Positions 39,459 through 48,563 of a stretch of 64,000 bases of DNA are shown here, in pieces. Made by a program: the position numbers and the translations under genes. Source of the stretch: Candidatus Bipolaricaulota bacterium (lineage in GTDB: Bacteria; Bipolaricaulota; Bipolaricaulia; UBA7950; UBA9294); NCBI GenBank assembly GCA_040752575.1, contig JBFMGK010000043.1, positions 1 to 64,000 on the forward strand. Direction: 5' to 3'. The notes under the pieces are model-generated. The model made no database searches and was not told where the DNA came from. It saw only the letters and a program-made list of their open reading frames with translations. Each line of letters opens with the position of its first letter. The first letter of the stretch is position 1.

Positions 39459-41192
39459 TCAGCCGCCCGGCCCCTGACCGTCGCCGTCCGCGGCAGCCAG
39501 CTTCGCGCCTTGTCCCAGGTGACGATCGAGAAACGCAATCGCTGCCGATAAGGCGGTCTCGTAGAATCCCTCGCCCGTCGGACTCGGTCGCCACCCATGG
39601 CCCGCGCCGTCGAGTGCGAGCAGCTCAGCCTCGACGCCGGCGTGGACGAGTGCGTCCCGCAGAAAGACCGATTGCTCGAAGGGGACGCGAGCGTCTTGCG
39701 TGCCATGCGCGATGAGGAAGGGAGGATCGTCGTGGCTGACGTAGGTCAGCGGCGACGCAGCGCGGCAGACGTCGGGCCGTTCGGCACACGTGCCCCCGAT
39801 GAAGGCGAGGATCGCCGGGTCTCTCAGTCCGCCGGCCCGCGCGAGGTCCGTCGGGCCGAAGTAGTCCACGACCGCCTGCACTCGGCTCGATAGCTCGAGG
39901 TCGCCGGTCTCACCCTCGAGACCCTCGGATCCATCGGTCACGCCCAGCATGGCGACAAGGTGCCCGCCGGCCGAGCTGCCCATTGCCCCGATGCGTTGGG
40001 GATCGATGTCCAGCGCGACGGCGTTCGCACGCAGCCATCGCACAGCCGCCTTGACATCCTCGACCGCCGCGGGGAACCGGCACGCCGGAGCCAAGCGGTA
40101 GTTCACGCAGATCGCGACGTAGCCGGCCGCAGCGAAGAGAGATGCCTCACTTCCCCAGCCTGACTTGTCGCCCGAGGTCCATCCCCCGCCATGCACGAAG
40201 ACCATGGCCGGATGGGGGCCTGCGTCATCGGGCCGATAGAGATCCAGTTTGAGTTCGACGCCGTCCGCCACCCCATACGTCACGTCACGCTCGACGAGGA
40301 CCGTGCGCGCCGCTTCGTACACGCACCCAGGCAGGGGAGGCGTGAGGGTTGCCGCGTCGATTCCAAAGCGCGCAAGCATCGTTGCCGCGATGTCTTTCTG
40401 ATCGCCTTCCCCGCTCGGCGATCTGGCGAGCGGATCGCTTGCGGCGAGCCAGACCCAAGGGGCATCGGCGTGCGTCTTGGCGCCCTCGTCAAAACCATGG
40501 TCGGTCGTTACGTAGACGGCCGTTCGCTCTGTGAAGCCTAACGCGTTGACCTCCGCCAGAAGGAGTGCAAGCCACTCGTCGCAAGCGACAAGTGCCTCGT
40601 CAACCTGGTACGAGTTCTCGCCGTGCGCGTGCCCGGCGACATCGGGGTCGCGGAAGTGGAAGAAGGCGAAGAAACGACGTCCGCCGAAGTCGCGCAGCGC
40701 ACGCAGGGCCTTCTTTCCTACGGCATCTGCATCCTGAAAGGCCATCGAGTATGTGTCCATGGCCCGGACTGCGTTCGCCAGAGGTTCGACAAGGTTCGCC
40801 ATCTTCCCCGTGATGGCAGCGGTCGCGATCCCGTCCTCGCCGAAGTGATCCTTGACCCGCTCGAACAGCGTGAGCCCGGCGGGGATCGGTTGAAGGTCCT
40901 CGTTCGAGGCGATCCCGGTCACATCGGGGGCGAGGCCGGTGAGCATCTCGGCGTGGCCGGCCTTGGTGTCGGTCGCGTGATCGGTGATCCGTAGCGGGAT
41001 CCACGCACCCTGCTCCACGAGGCCGGCCAGCGCAGGAAGCCGTCCCTGAGCCAAGAGGTCCAGCACGTGCGCGCGCTGCGCGCCGTCCCACGAGATGAGG
41101 ATCACGCTGTCCACGGAAGCAGCCGATCCCGTCGCCGCCCAGAGAGCCAGCGAAACGAACGCCGCGACGACGCGCTTCGTCGGCTTCGGCAT
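39459..41192 (-). CDS. Secreted fusion of an alkaline-phosphatase-superfamily domain and an alpha/beta-hydrolase (HSL/BD-FAE-like) domain
   Basis: ILISWDG..DTKAGHA..DPDVAGH..TTDHG; then HGGGW, GSSAGG, HGTQD..VP, GAGHG. Confidence 0.85.
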   Translation of the reverse strand: MPKPTKRVVAAFVSLALWAATGSAASVDSVILISWDGAQRAHVLDLLAQGRLPALAGLVEQGAWIPLRITDHATDTKAGHAEMLTGLAPDVTGIASNEDLQPIPAGLTLFERVKDHFGEDGIATAAITGKMANLVEPLANAVRAMDTYSMAFQDADAVGKKALRALRDFGGRRFFAFFHFRDPDVAGHAHGENSYQVDEALVACDEWLALLLAEVNALGFTERTAVYVTTDHGFDEGAKTHADAPWVWLAASDPLARSPSGEGDQKDIAATMLARFGIDAATLTPPLPGCVYEAARTVLVERDVTYGVADGVELKLDLYRPDDAGPHPAMVFVHGGGWTSGDKSGWGSEASLFAAAGYVAICVNYRLAPACRFPAAVEDVKAAVRWLRANAVALDIDPQRIGAMGSSAGGHLVAMLGVTDGSEGLEGETGDLELSSRVQAVVDYFGPTDLARAGGLRDPAILAFIGGTCAERPDVCRAASPLTYVSHDDPPFLIAHGTQDARVPFEQSVFLRDALVHAGVEAELLALDGAGHGWRPSPTGEGFYETALSAAIAFLDRHLGQGAKLAAADGDGQGPGG

Positions 41193-41360
41193 GGCTCCTC
41201 CTCTCGGTGAACGCCCCAGCGCCACGGCGGGCGCGCCTTCCGGGCAGTCTAGCCGTTCGGCGGTCGGCAGGCGAAACGCAGGAGAGGGAAGACCGATCCG
41301 CCCGCGCGGATGTCCGTGCGCCGCTGGAGGTCGACCCGAGCCTTCGCTAGAGTCTGACGC

Positions 41361-42293
41361 GTGAAGACCATCCACCGCGGATACTCGGAGGAACGAGGCG
41401 ACTTCAGACGCCTTGAGCGCTTTGTCACGACGCATCGGGACGCGCTGCGCACCCACTCGACGTGGTGCCTTGGGAGGCTCGTCGACTGGCGCTATCTTGT
41501 GTTCGACCACAAGGAGCCCATCGAGCGCTTCTGCGAAGAGAACGCCGAGCTCTGGTTCGACGGGGCCGGCGAGCTGTCCGCTGTGGCCATCTCGGAAGAT
41601 GGAGGCGGCGAGTTTGCCGTACTTCTCGCGGGCGACTCGCGCGACCTCTTCGCCGAAATCCTGGACTGGGCCTGCACAACATGGGGTGGGCGAGCGACGT
41701 CCCAGGCGATGGAGGTCACGGAGAACTAAGCCCCCGAGATCGCCGCTCTGGAACGCGCTGGATTCCTCCGCCAGACGTCTTTCACGACGCGACATTTCGA
41801 CCTGGGAGACGACCTCCCGCCGCCTGCGCCGCTTCCTCGGGGCTACGAGATCGTGGACATGGCAACGCGTCCGGACTTCCGCGCCCAAAGAGTCCTTCGC
41901 TCCAACGCCTTTCGTGGCCCATCGCCTCTCACCGAAGCGGAGCTCGCCAGGGACTTGGAGCGCCTGGCCATCTACCATGCCGGCCCGACGTATCACGCGC
42001 CGACCGACCTCTGCGTGCGATCCCCGGACGGGCGGTTCGTGGCCGGGTGCGAAGCGCTCCTCGACATACGGAATCGCGAGGCCGACATCGAGCGCGTCTG
42101 TACGCACAGCGACTTTCGCCGGCGGGGCCTTGCACGCTCCGTTGTCGTCGAGTGCCTGCATCGCCTCCGCGTCATGGGCATCGAGCGGGCGGCGATCACG
42201 GGCTACGGCCCCGGGGCCGTCGCGCTGTACCGATCCCTCGGCGCAGCAGAGGAGATGACTTCCTACGTCTACTCACGCGCCCAGACGGCGTGA
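41361..42293 (+). pseudogene. GNAT acetyltransferase interrupted by an in-frame TAA at 41727-41729
   Basis: ORFs 41361-41729 and 41853-42293 are in one frame; VCTHSDFRRRGLAR, LYRSLG; resembles 4610-5545. Confidence 0.8.
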
Positions 42294-42336
42294 CACGAGG
42301 ATGCCCGCGCGACGGCTTCGGTCGTAAACTGAGGCC

Positions 42337-43527
42337 ATGAACGATGCACATGGGCTCGAACACGAGAAGCTGTCGCAAATCCCTTCGATTCTACGTGACT
42401 CCAACATCGATACCTGGCTGGTTTGGGTCCGCGAGACCGTGCAGATCAGGGACCCTGTGCTGCCGATTCTTCTGGGCGCAGACCTCGTGTGGCCGTCCGC
42501 CCTCCTGTTCACCGCGGCGGGCGAGCGGACCGCCATCGTCGGAACCTACGACGCGGAAGTCGTTCCGTCCGGGCTCTACGAGCGCGTGATCCCCTACACT
42601 GAGGGCATCGCCGCCCCGCTTCTCGCCGAACTCGATCGCATCGCACCTCGGACGATCGCCATCAACGAGAGCAGGAGCGACGTGGCCGCGGACGGCCTGA
42701 CGGCAGGAATGAAAGCGCTTCTCGAAGAGATGCTCGCTCCGACGTCGCATGCCGGAAAGCTCGTCAGTGCCGAACGCGTGATCGGCCGGCTGCGCGGCCG
42801 CAAGAGCCCGCTCGAGCAAGAGAGGATCCGTAACGCGGTTCGGATCACCGAGGAGATCTTCGACGACCTCGACGGCGTGCTCGCGGTCGGGCAGACGGAG
42901 CGGGAGATCCAGCAGTACGTTCATCGGAGAGTGGCCGAGCGCGACGTCGGATTCGCCTGGCAGGCCGCGTCCAATCCGGCCGTCGATGCTGGCCCGAACA
43001 AGGCGTTTGGACACGGCGGCCCGTCGGAGAATCGTACGAAGCGCGGCCACCTCCTTCACTTCGACTTCGGGGTGCAGGCAGATGGCTACAGCTCGGACCT
43101 TCAGCGGATGTACTTCTTTGGACAGCCATCCGAAGTGCCCGCCGAGATCGAGCGGGCGTTCTCGACCGTGCGCGACGCGATCCGCCTGGCGGCCGACGCA
43201 TTGCGCCCTGGCATCCGCGGAGTGGATGTGGATGCCGTTGCGCGAAGGCATGTCACGGAGCGGGGGTACCCCCCGTTTGCCCACGCGCTCGGGCATCAGG
43301 TTGGGCGGTGGGCCCACGATGGCGGAACGCTCCTCGGCCCGGCGTGGGAACGCTACGGCGACTCCCCGTACGGCGTCGTGGAGGCGGGGAACGTCTTCAC
43401 GCTCGAGCTTCACGTGCCCACGAAGAGCTACGGACAGGTGAGTCTCGAGGAGGATGTCCTCGTGACCGAGACCGGGTGCGAGTTCTTGAGCCACCCGCAA
43501 GACACGCTGCGCTGCGTCGCGGGGTAG
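42337..43527 (+). CDS. M24 family Xaa-Pro peptidase
   Basis: DFG..GYSSDLQR, HALGHQVG..HD, FTLE, LEEDVLVT. Confidence 0.92.
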   Translation: MNDAHGLEHEKLSQIPSILRDSNIDTWLVWVRETVQIRDPVLPILLGADLVWPSALLFTAAGERTAIVGTYDAEVVPSGLYERVIPYTEGIAAPLLAELDRIAPRTIAINESRSDVAADGLTAGMKALLEEMLAPTSHAGKLVSAERVIGRLRGRKSPLEQERIRNAVRITEEIFDDLDGVLAVGQTEREIQQYVHRRVAERDVGFAWQAASNPAVDAGPNKAFGHGGPSENRTKRGHLLHFDFGVQADGYSSDLQRMYFFGQPSEVPAEIERAFSTVRDAIRLAADALRPGIRGVDVDAVARRHVTERGYPPFAHALGHQVGRWAHDGGTLLGPAWERYGDSPYGVVEAGNVFTLELHVPTKSYGQVSLEEDVLVTETGCEFLSHPQDTLRCVAG

Positions 43528-43682
43528 GGCATACGCTCCGTCGTCGGCCGGCACTTCGGGGACGATTCGACGGCAATCTACGCGGCACTCGCGGTCGGTC
43601 TTCGCATTGCGCGCGGACTCGGTGTATGCTGGCGGCCACCTTGGCCGTGACCCGAGGGGGGACACGGCGATCGAGACACCCC

Positions 43683-44573
43683 ATGGCGATATCTAGACAG
43701 TGGTTCGCGGGCGCCGCGGCGCGACGTTGGACGGACAGGCTGATCGTGGGCCTGGGGCTGCTCGGATTCGGCAACGGACGCCGACTCGCACATCTCTCGT
43801 TCGCCATGGTCCTGATCGGATACGCAGTGGCCTTCAGGACGAGAAGCGCGGGGGACATCCCGCCTTCGCTGTTGCCGGCCGTCTTTGCCGCATTCAGCGC
43901 GCTCTTGTACGGGGGTATTTACGTCCTGAACGACATCGTGGACCTGGCGCATGACCGTCAGCATCCGGTTAAGCAGAAGCGGCTCGTCGCCTCCGGGAGG
44001 ATCTCCGTATCACTAGCCACAGCCTCGGCTCTGGCCCTCATCTTCATAGGTCTTGCCGCGAGCTTCCTCCTCTCCCCGCTTCTTGGGGGATTCGCTTGTC
44101 TCTTCCTTGCGGTGAACCTACTGTACACCCTGGGCCTGAAGCGGCTGCGCTACGTCGACTTGGCGATCAACACGCTGACCTATCCCTTGCGTACGCTCCT
44201 CGGGATCGTCCTTGCCGGAGGCGCTCCGGCTGCCCATCTACCCGTCGTTCTCGGCGTTGGCGTTCTCGCGTGGACCGAGACCACACTGCGTCGCCACTAT
44301 GAACTGACACACGCCGGGACCGTTGGACGCCCCGTCCTGCGCCGCTATCGACCGCGCGTCCTGTTGTGGGCCGCCCTGCTACCGGGCTTCGCGTGGCCCG
44401 TGCTCTTCGCGTACCGGGGATCGACCCTGGAGACGGCGATCCTCTCCTTGGGTCTCTTCCTGTGGCTCCTCATCTTCGGGGTCTGGCTGGCGGAAACCCA
44501 AGAGGTCTTCCGCCAAGCCCCACGAGCACGCTCGGCCCTCGGCTGGCTGGCGCTCTACGTGCTGGGGCGATAG
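43683..44573 (+). CDS. UbiA-family prenyltransferase
   Basis: YVLNDIVDLAHDRQHPVKQKR.VASG, NLLYT..LK. Confidence 0.85.
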   Translation: MAISRQWFAGAAARRWTDRLIVGLGLLGFGNGRRLAHLSFAMVLIGYAVAFRTRSAGDIPPSLLPAVFAAFSALLYGGIYVLNDIVDLAHDRQHPVKQKRLVASGRISVSLATASALALIFIGLAASFLLSPLLGGFACLFLAVNLLYTLGLKRLRYVDLAINTLTYPLRTLLGIVLAGGAPAAHLPVVLGVGVLAWTETTLRRHYELTHAGTVGRPVLRRYRPRVLLWAALLPGFAWPVLFAYRGSTLETAILSLGLFLWLLIFGVWLAETQEVFRQAPRARSALGWLALYVLGR

Positions 44574-44649
44574 CTCCTGGAAGCGCCTCCGGTTCTCCGG
44601 GAAGCAGTCTCGGGGAGGCGCGCAAGATCCGGAGCATCAGGTCCGCCAC

Positions 44650-44684
44650 AAAGAAAAAGGGGAGCGAGCTCACGCTCGCTCCCC
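44650..44684 (-). terminator. Intrinsic terminator of the DUF4114-like gene
   Basis: GGGGAGCGAGC-GTGA-GCTCGCTCCCC followed by TTTTTCTTT on the minus strand. Confidence 0.85.
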
Positions 44685-44710
44685 TGTTCGTTCCTTTCTC
44701 ATGGCGATCG

Positions 44711-45949
44711 TCAGCCCTCGTGCCCCGGAATGCTGATCCGGAGCACTTCGGCCTGGGAACTCCCCACAACGCCCAAGTAGAGGTCGTAGTCCCCGCTTGA
44801 GAGGGAGGAGATCGGCAGCTCGTAGCTGTACGTAGCCGACACCGCGTCGTACTGCACTACGTGGACCTCGAGAACCTCGTTCCCGGGGATCCGCACGACC
44901 GTCAGACTGATTGGATCGAGACTCTGGACCGCGGCTCCAGTCCGCGGGTCGAAGAGCTGGAAGTCCACCCGGATGACGGAGCCGTGGCCGCCTTCGGCCT
45001 CGAAGCCGCCCCCCGAGCCGCCCATCGCGATCTCGTAGCCGTAGAGCTGCGTCCAGAACTCGCCCGCATCGCGGGCCGTTCGCAGCGCCCGTCCCACGAG
45101 CACGGCTCCGAACTCCCGCACCAGCGACTCCGATGCCTCCGCGGGAAGCCCCAGGAAGCCGCTCACGCGCTCGGCCAGACTCGGCTCGGCAGCCTGTCCC
45201 TGCGGCGCGGGGTCGTCTGCATCGGCCGGTTCTTGAGACTCAGCCGGCTCTGCAGGCGCCTGTCCCTGCGCGGCGGACTCATCCCCTTCGGCCGGTTCCT
45301 GGAGCTCGGCTTCCGCTTCGGGCTCCGGAGCCACGGTGATCGACACGAACAGCAATGCGTCGTTGTAGTCCTTGTCGCCGAGGTTCGTCAGGTCTTCGAA
45401 CCCGATGAGGGTTCCCTGGCCTTCGAGAACAACGGCTGCGTCGTGGTCCTTCCCGTCCCTGTTGAGCCCGGGCTCGGTGTACCAAACGGCAGCCCCGGGG
45501 TTGCCGAAACCGTTCGCAGCCAAAAAGAAGCCCACACGCTCCCCTGTGCCGAACGAGCCCAGGTCAACGGCGTCGCCCGGTTGGAGCGACCCGCCGCCGG
45601 CAAGTCCCGGCCCGGTCCCGGAGAAGTTCGAGAAGACCACCGTCTGGTCGAGGACCGTTCCGTCCTCTCCCATTCGGAAGAACCCGATCGAGTTCCGGTA
45701 ACCTGCACCCTCTCCGACGAACGCAATCGAGATGGACGTCTCCCGTCCGATGACGAGGTTCGCAGAGGTCGCGAGGAGAGAGGCCTCAGGCGTCTTGTAC
45801 TCCTGAAACGCCGTGGCCGCAGCTTCGAGAACCGCAGTCGGCAGTTCGGTCGGCCGAACCGTGTACGCTTCCTCGGCATGTCCGACGACGAACAGCCCGA
45901 GCCCCAACGCCAACGCCAAAACAACCAACGTGGAAAACTTCGTCCTCAC
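44711..45949 (-). CDS. Secreted DUF4114-like protein with acidic Pro/Ala-rich linker
   Basis: EGAGYRNSIGF, VGFFL.ANG, IGFEDL..GDKDYND; signal peptide; GGGAGG-GTG. Confidence 0.75.
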   Translation of the reverse strand: MRTKFSTLVVLALALGLGLFVVGHAEEAYTVRPTELPTAVLEAAATAFQEYKTPEASLLATSANLVIGRETSISIAFVGEGAGYRNSIGFFRMGEDGTVLDQTVVFSNFSGTGPGLAGGGSLQPGDAVDLGSFGTGERVGFFLAANGFGNPGAAVWYTEPGLNRDGKDHDAAVVLEGQGTLIGFEDLTNLGDKDYNDALLFVSITVAPEPEAEAELQEPAEGDESAAQGQAPAEPAESQEPADADDPAPQGQAAEPSLAERVSGFLGLPAEASESLVREFGAVLVGRALRTARDAGEFWTQLYGYEIAMGGSGGGFEAEGGHGSVIRVDFQLFDPRTGAAVQSLDPISLTVVRIPGNEVLEVHVVQYDAVSATYSYELPISSLSSGDYDLYLGVVGSSQAEVLRISIPGHEG

Positions 45950-45978
45950 GGAAAGCACCTCCCAATGGGTTTCAGAGT

Positions 45979-46174
45979 GCATCTAGCAACTCGGCCACCA
46001 TTGGGCGCTGCGGCAACCCGGCTGCCCGGGCGGCGAGGAGCCGCCTCCGGGCCCGTGGCTTTGCGTCCCGGGGTTACCCCCGGTTTGCGTTTCTCGAGCC
46101 GCGCGAACGCGGCTGCCCAGAAGGTCCGTAGCTTTGCGTCCCGCCCTTTCGGGCGGTTTGCCTTGTGTAGATGC
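45979..46174 (-). ncRNA. c-di-GMP-I (GEMM) riboswitch, outer aptamer
   Basis: GGCAAACCGCCC-GAAA-GGGCGGGACGCAAAGCTACGGACC...GGTGGCCGAGTTGC; P1 GCATCTA/TAGATGC. Confidence 0.88.
46007..46099 (-). ncRNA. c-di-GMP-I-like inner aptamer nested in P3 of the outer aptamer (C at G20 position)
   Basis: CGCAAACCGGGG-GTAA-CCCCGGGACGCAAAGCCACGGGCC...GGCAGCCGGGTTGCC. Confidence 0.82.
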
Positions 46175-46398
46175 CTTCTTGAGGACACGCAACCAGTTCC
46201 GGCAGACCACCTGCCGGAACGCCAGAACCAACAACCTGCCCAACTCGCCTCCGCACCTGCCGGGTGCCGAGGCGAACCCATTCACTTGCCAAAGACCATT
46301 CGTTCGGATTTTTCCTGATTGTAGAGGACGTTAGACACCCGCAACGGACGTCGCAAAGCCAGCGCGTCTCGTGGAGCCGACATCGTCAACCGAGAGGC

Positions 46399-46426
46399 TT
46401 GACGATTTCGAGCATTTGCTCATAAT
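46399..46426 (+). promoter_or_regulatory. Promoter with overlapping palindromic operator
   Basis: TTGACG-16 bp-CATAAT; GAGCA-TT-TGCTC palindrome between the boxes. Confidence 0.65.
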
Positions 46427-46436
46427 CAGGATCTAC

Positions 46437-46796
46437 ATGGCGAGACCGACGTGCTGCCGACGAGTGGCTGGAAGTCCGGGGGCCACGCTCTTCCGCCCCG
46501 ACGCGGGACCCGCCTGCGGCGCGTCCGCCATCGTGGTCGCCCTGGACGAGTTCGAGGCGCTTCGGCTGGCCGATCGCGAGGGCCTTCACCATGAAGACGC
46601 CGCGGCTCGGATGGGGGTATCGCGGCCGACCTTCGGCCGCATCCTGGAGTCGGCTCGCCGCAAGGTCGCCGACGCTCTCACCGAGGGCCGAGCCCTGCGG
46701 ATCGAGGGCGGCACCGTCTGTCGAAGCGCGAGGCGAGAACCGCGAACGTGCACTCGTTGGGCCAAGAGCTCGTTGCGCGAGTGCGAGAACCCGTGA
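46437..46796 (+). CDS. DUF134 (UPF0251) HTH DNA-binding protein
   Basis: MARPTCCRRV, DEFEALRLAD.EGL..EDAA.RMGVSRPTF.RIL..ARRKVADAL. Confidence 0.92.
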   Translation: MARPTCCRRVAGSPGATLFRPDAGPACGASAIVVALDEFEALRLADREGLHHEDAAARMGVSRPTFGRILESARRKVADALTEGRALRIEGGTVCRSARREPRTCTRWAKSSLRECENP

Positions 46797-46858
46797 AGCG
46801 AGAGAACCGAACCGCTCGTGCCAAGAGAGAACAGCGCACGCGCTAAGGAGGCTACATC

Positions 46859-47215
46859 GTGAACGTCTGTCTTCCCGTCGTGGAGAATCTGGGACTGGAG
46901 AGTCTGGTCAACGAACACTTCGGATCAACGCCCGCCTTCCTCATCGTCGACACCGAGACGGGCGAGTACCGTGCCGTGGTGAATGAGAATGCGCACCACG
47001 CACACGGAATGTGCCAGCCGCTAGCCGCGCTTCGCGATGAGTCGATCCACGCCATCGTCGCGGGAGGCATTGGCGCTGGAGCGCTGCGGAGACTTCACGC
47101 GGAGGGAATCGACGTCTACCTCGCTCAGCCGGGCACCGTCGCGCAGATGCTCGCCGCCCTCAAGGAGGGGACGCTTCGCAAGGCCACGCCCGAGACCGCC
47201 TGTCGCGGCCACTGA
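46859..47215 (+). CDS. NifB/NifX-family (FeMo-co-binding-like) protein
   Basis: EHFGSTPAF.IVD, HGMCQP, GGIGAGA. Confidence 0.88.
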   Translation: MNVCLPVVENLGLESLVNEHFGSTPAFLIVDTETGEYRAVVNENAHHAHGMCQPLAALRDESIHAIVAGGIGAGALRRLHAEGIDVYLAQPGTVAQMLAALKEGTLRKATPETACRGH

Positions 47216-47232
47216 GCGGCACGCAGACCCCC

Positions 47233-48495
47233 TCAGCCTCGCGGACGTTTCGCGAAGTACACCTCCATGGTCCCTGAGTGGTTGTCGGCCCAGATCACGC
47301 AAACGGTCCCGTCATCGTCGAGATCGATTGACGGGGACTTCGAGAGCGCCCTGTCGTTGATGATGGGAGACCCGGCGCTCCACGTTGATCCGTTGTCGGC
47401 CGAGTACATCTCGTAGATGTCGTAGTCGCCGTCCCGGTTATCCATCCAGACGACATACACGTTTGCACCCCAGACGCCGATCTTGGTCTCGAGGGCGACA
47501 CCCTCGGCGACGGTGAGGCGGGTGTCGGCTCCCCAGCTCTGCCCGCCGTCGCACGATCGCTTGTAGTAGACCTCGAAGTTGTGGTCATCCTCCGGGTAGA
47601 TGGGCGGATAGCCGTAGTGAGGATACTTCGTGTCGTCTCGATCGTCGTACCAGATCATGTGGATGTACTCGCCCGAGACGGCGATCACGGGGTAGCGGCT
47701 GTCGCCGTTGACGTCGTCCGTGAGCCGCACGCCGTTGCTCCACGCTTCCGGGCCGTCCAAAGACTGCGTGTAGTACAACTCCCAATTGTAGTTTCGCGTT
47801 TCGGCGGCGTGTTCGCGAGTGCAGTAGGCCAGGTGAAGCTTGTGGTTCGCCCCGGGGACCAGGCTCGGACATCCCCCGCTCAGAATGTCATGGGTGACGT
47901 CCACGGGTTCGTCCCAATGAACCCCTCCGTCGGTGGATCTGCGCAAGCGAGAGTGCCCCGAGCCTTCGCCGTAGTGCTCCCAAACCACATAAATCGAGTC
48001 GCCATCGAGGGCGATCTCCGGCGCCGCGGAGCGAACGTCCGAAGGCGAGAGCAGAACGTCTTCGCTCCACGTCTCTCCACGGTCGTGGGAGTACTTGAAG
48101 AAGACGGAGCCGTCCTCGCAGTACCGCGGGTCGGTCCACGTGACGTAGACGTTCTCCCCCACCGCTTCCACCGAAGCCTCGGCGACGCCGTTCTCGATGA
48201 ACGTGAGCCGCTGCGGCTCGCCCCAGTGATCCCCTCCGTCATCGGATCGACGGTAGTACACGTCGTTGTTCCCGGGCGAGCAGCCGGAAACCCAGACCGC
48301 GTGAACGCTGCTCTCGTCAACGGCGATCCCGTCGGTCACGAGCGCTAGGAGAACGGCGCTCCCATCCTCGGAGCTGATGAGAAACGGAGCCGTCCAGGCC
48401 TCATCGATGGACAGTGCGGCCCCCGTCTGGCCCCAAACCGCCAGAAGGCGCACGACGACAAGGATGGCGGCTAGAACGATGGACCTCCAACGCAT
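47233..48495 (-). CDS. Secreted sialidase-like BNR/Asp-box repeat protein
   Basis: Repeated YxRSxDGGxxW and VxWxDxRDG motifs; signal peptide. Confidence 0.82.
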   Translation of the reverse strand: MRWRSIVLAAILVVVRLLAVWGQTGAALSIDEAWTAPFLISSEDGSAVLLALVTDGIAVDESSVHAVWVSGCSPGNNDVYYRRSDDGGDHWGEPQRLTFIENGVAEASVEAVGENVYVTWTDPRYCEDGSVFFKYSHDRGETWSEDVLLSPSDVRSAAPEIALDGDSIYVVWEHYGEGSGHSRLRRSTDGGVHWDEPVDVTHDILSGGCPSLVPGANHKLHLAYCTREHAAETRNYNWELYYTQSLDGPEAWSNGVRLTDDVNGDSRYPVIAVSGEYIHMIWYDDRDDTKYPHYGYPPIYPEDDHNFEVYYKRSCDGGQSWGADTRLTVAEGVALETKIGVWGANVYVVWMDNRDGDYDIYEMYSADNGSTWSAGSPIINDRALSKSPSIDLDDDGTVCVIWADNHSGTMEVYFAKRPRG

Positions 48496-48563
48496 GGTGC
48501 TCCTCCCTCTGCGAGCGGGGGCACTCGCCGCAACGCAGCCGGGCGAGTGTCCCCCCGTCGCGG

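Noticed and set aside
41727..41729. Stop-codon recoding (Sec/Pyl) in the GNAT
   Set aside because: The codon is TAA, not TGA or TAG, and TAA ends other genes in this window.
46859..47215. Nitrogen fixation locus
   Set aside because: NifB/NifX-like domains are widespread in non-diazotrophs, and there is no nifHDK here.
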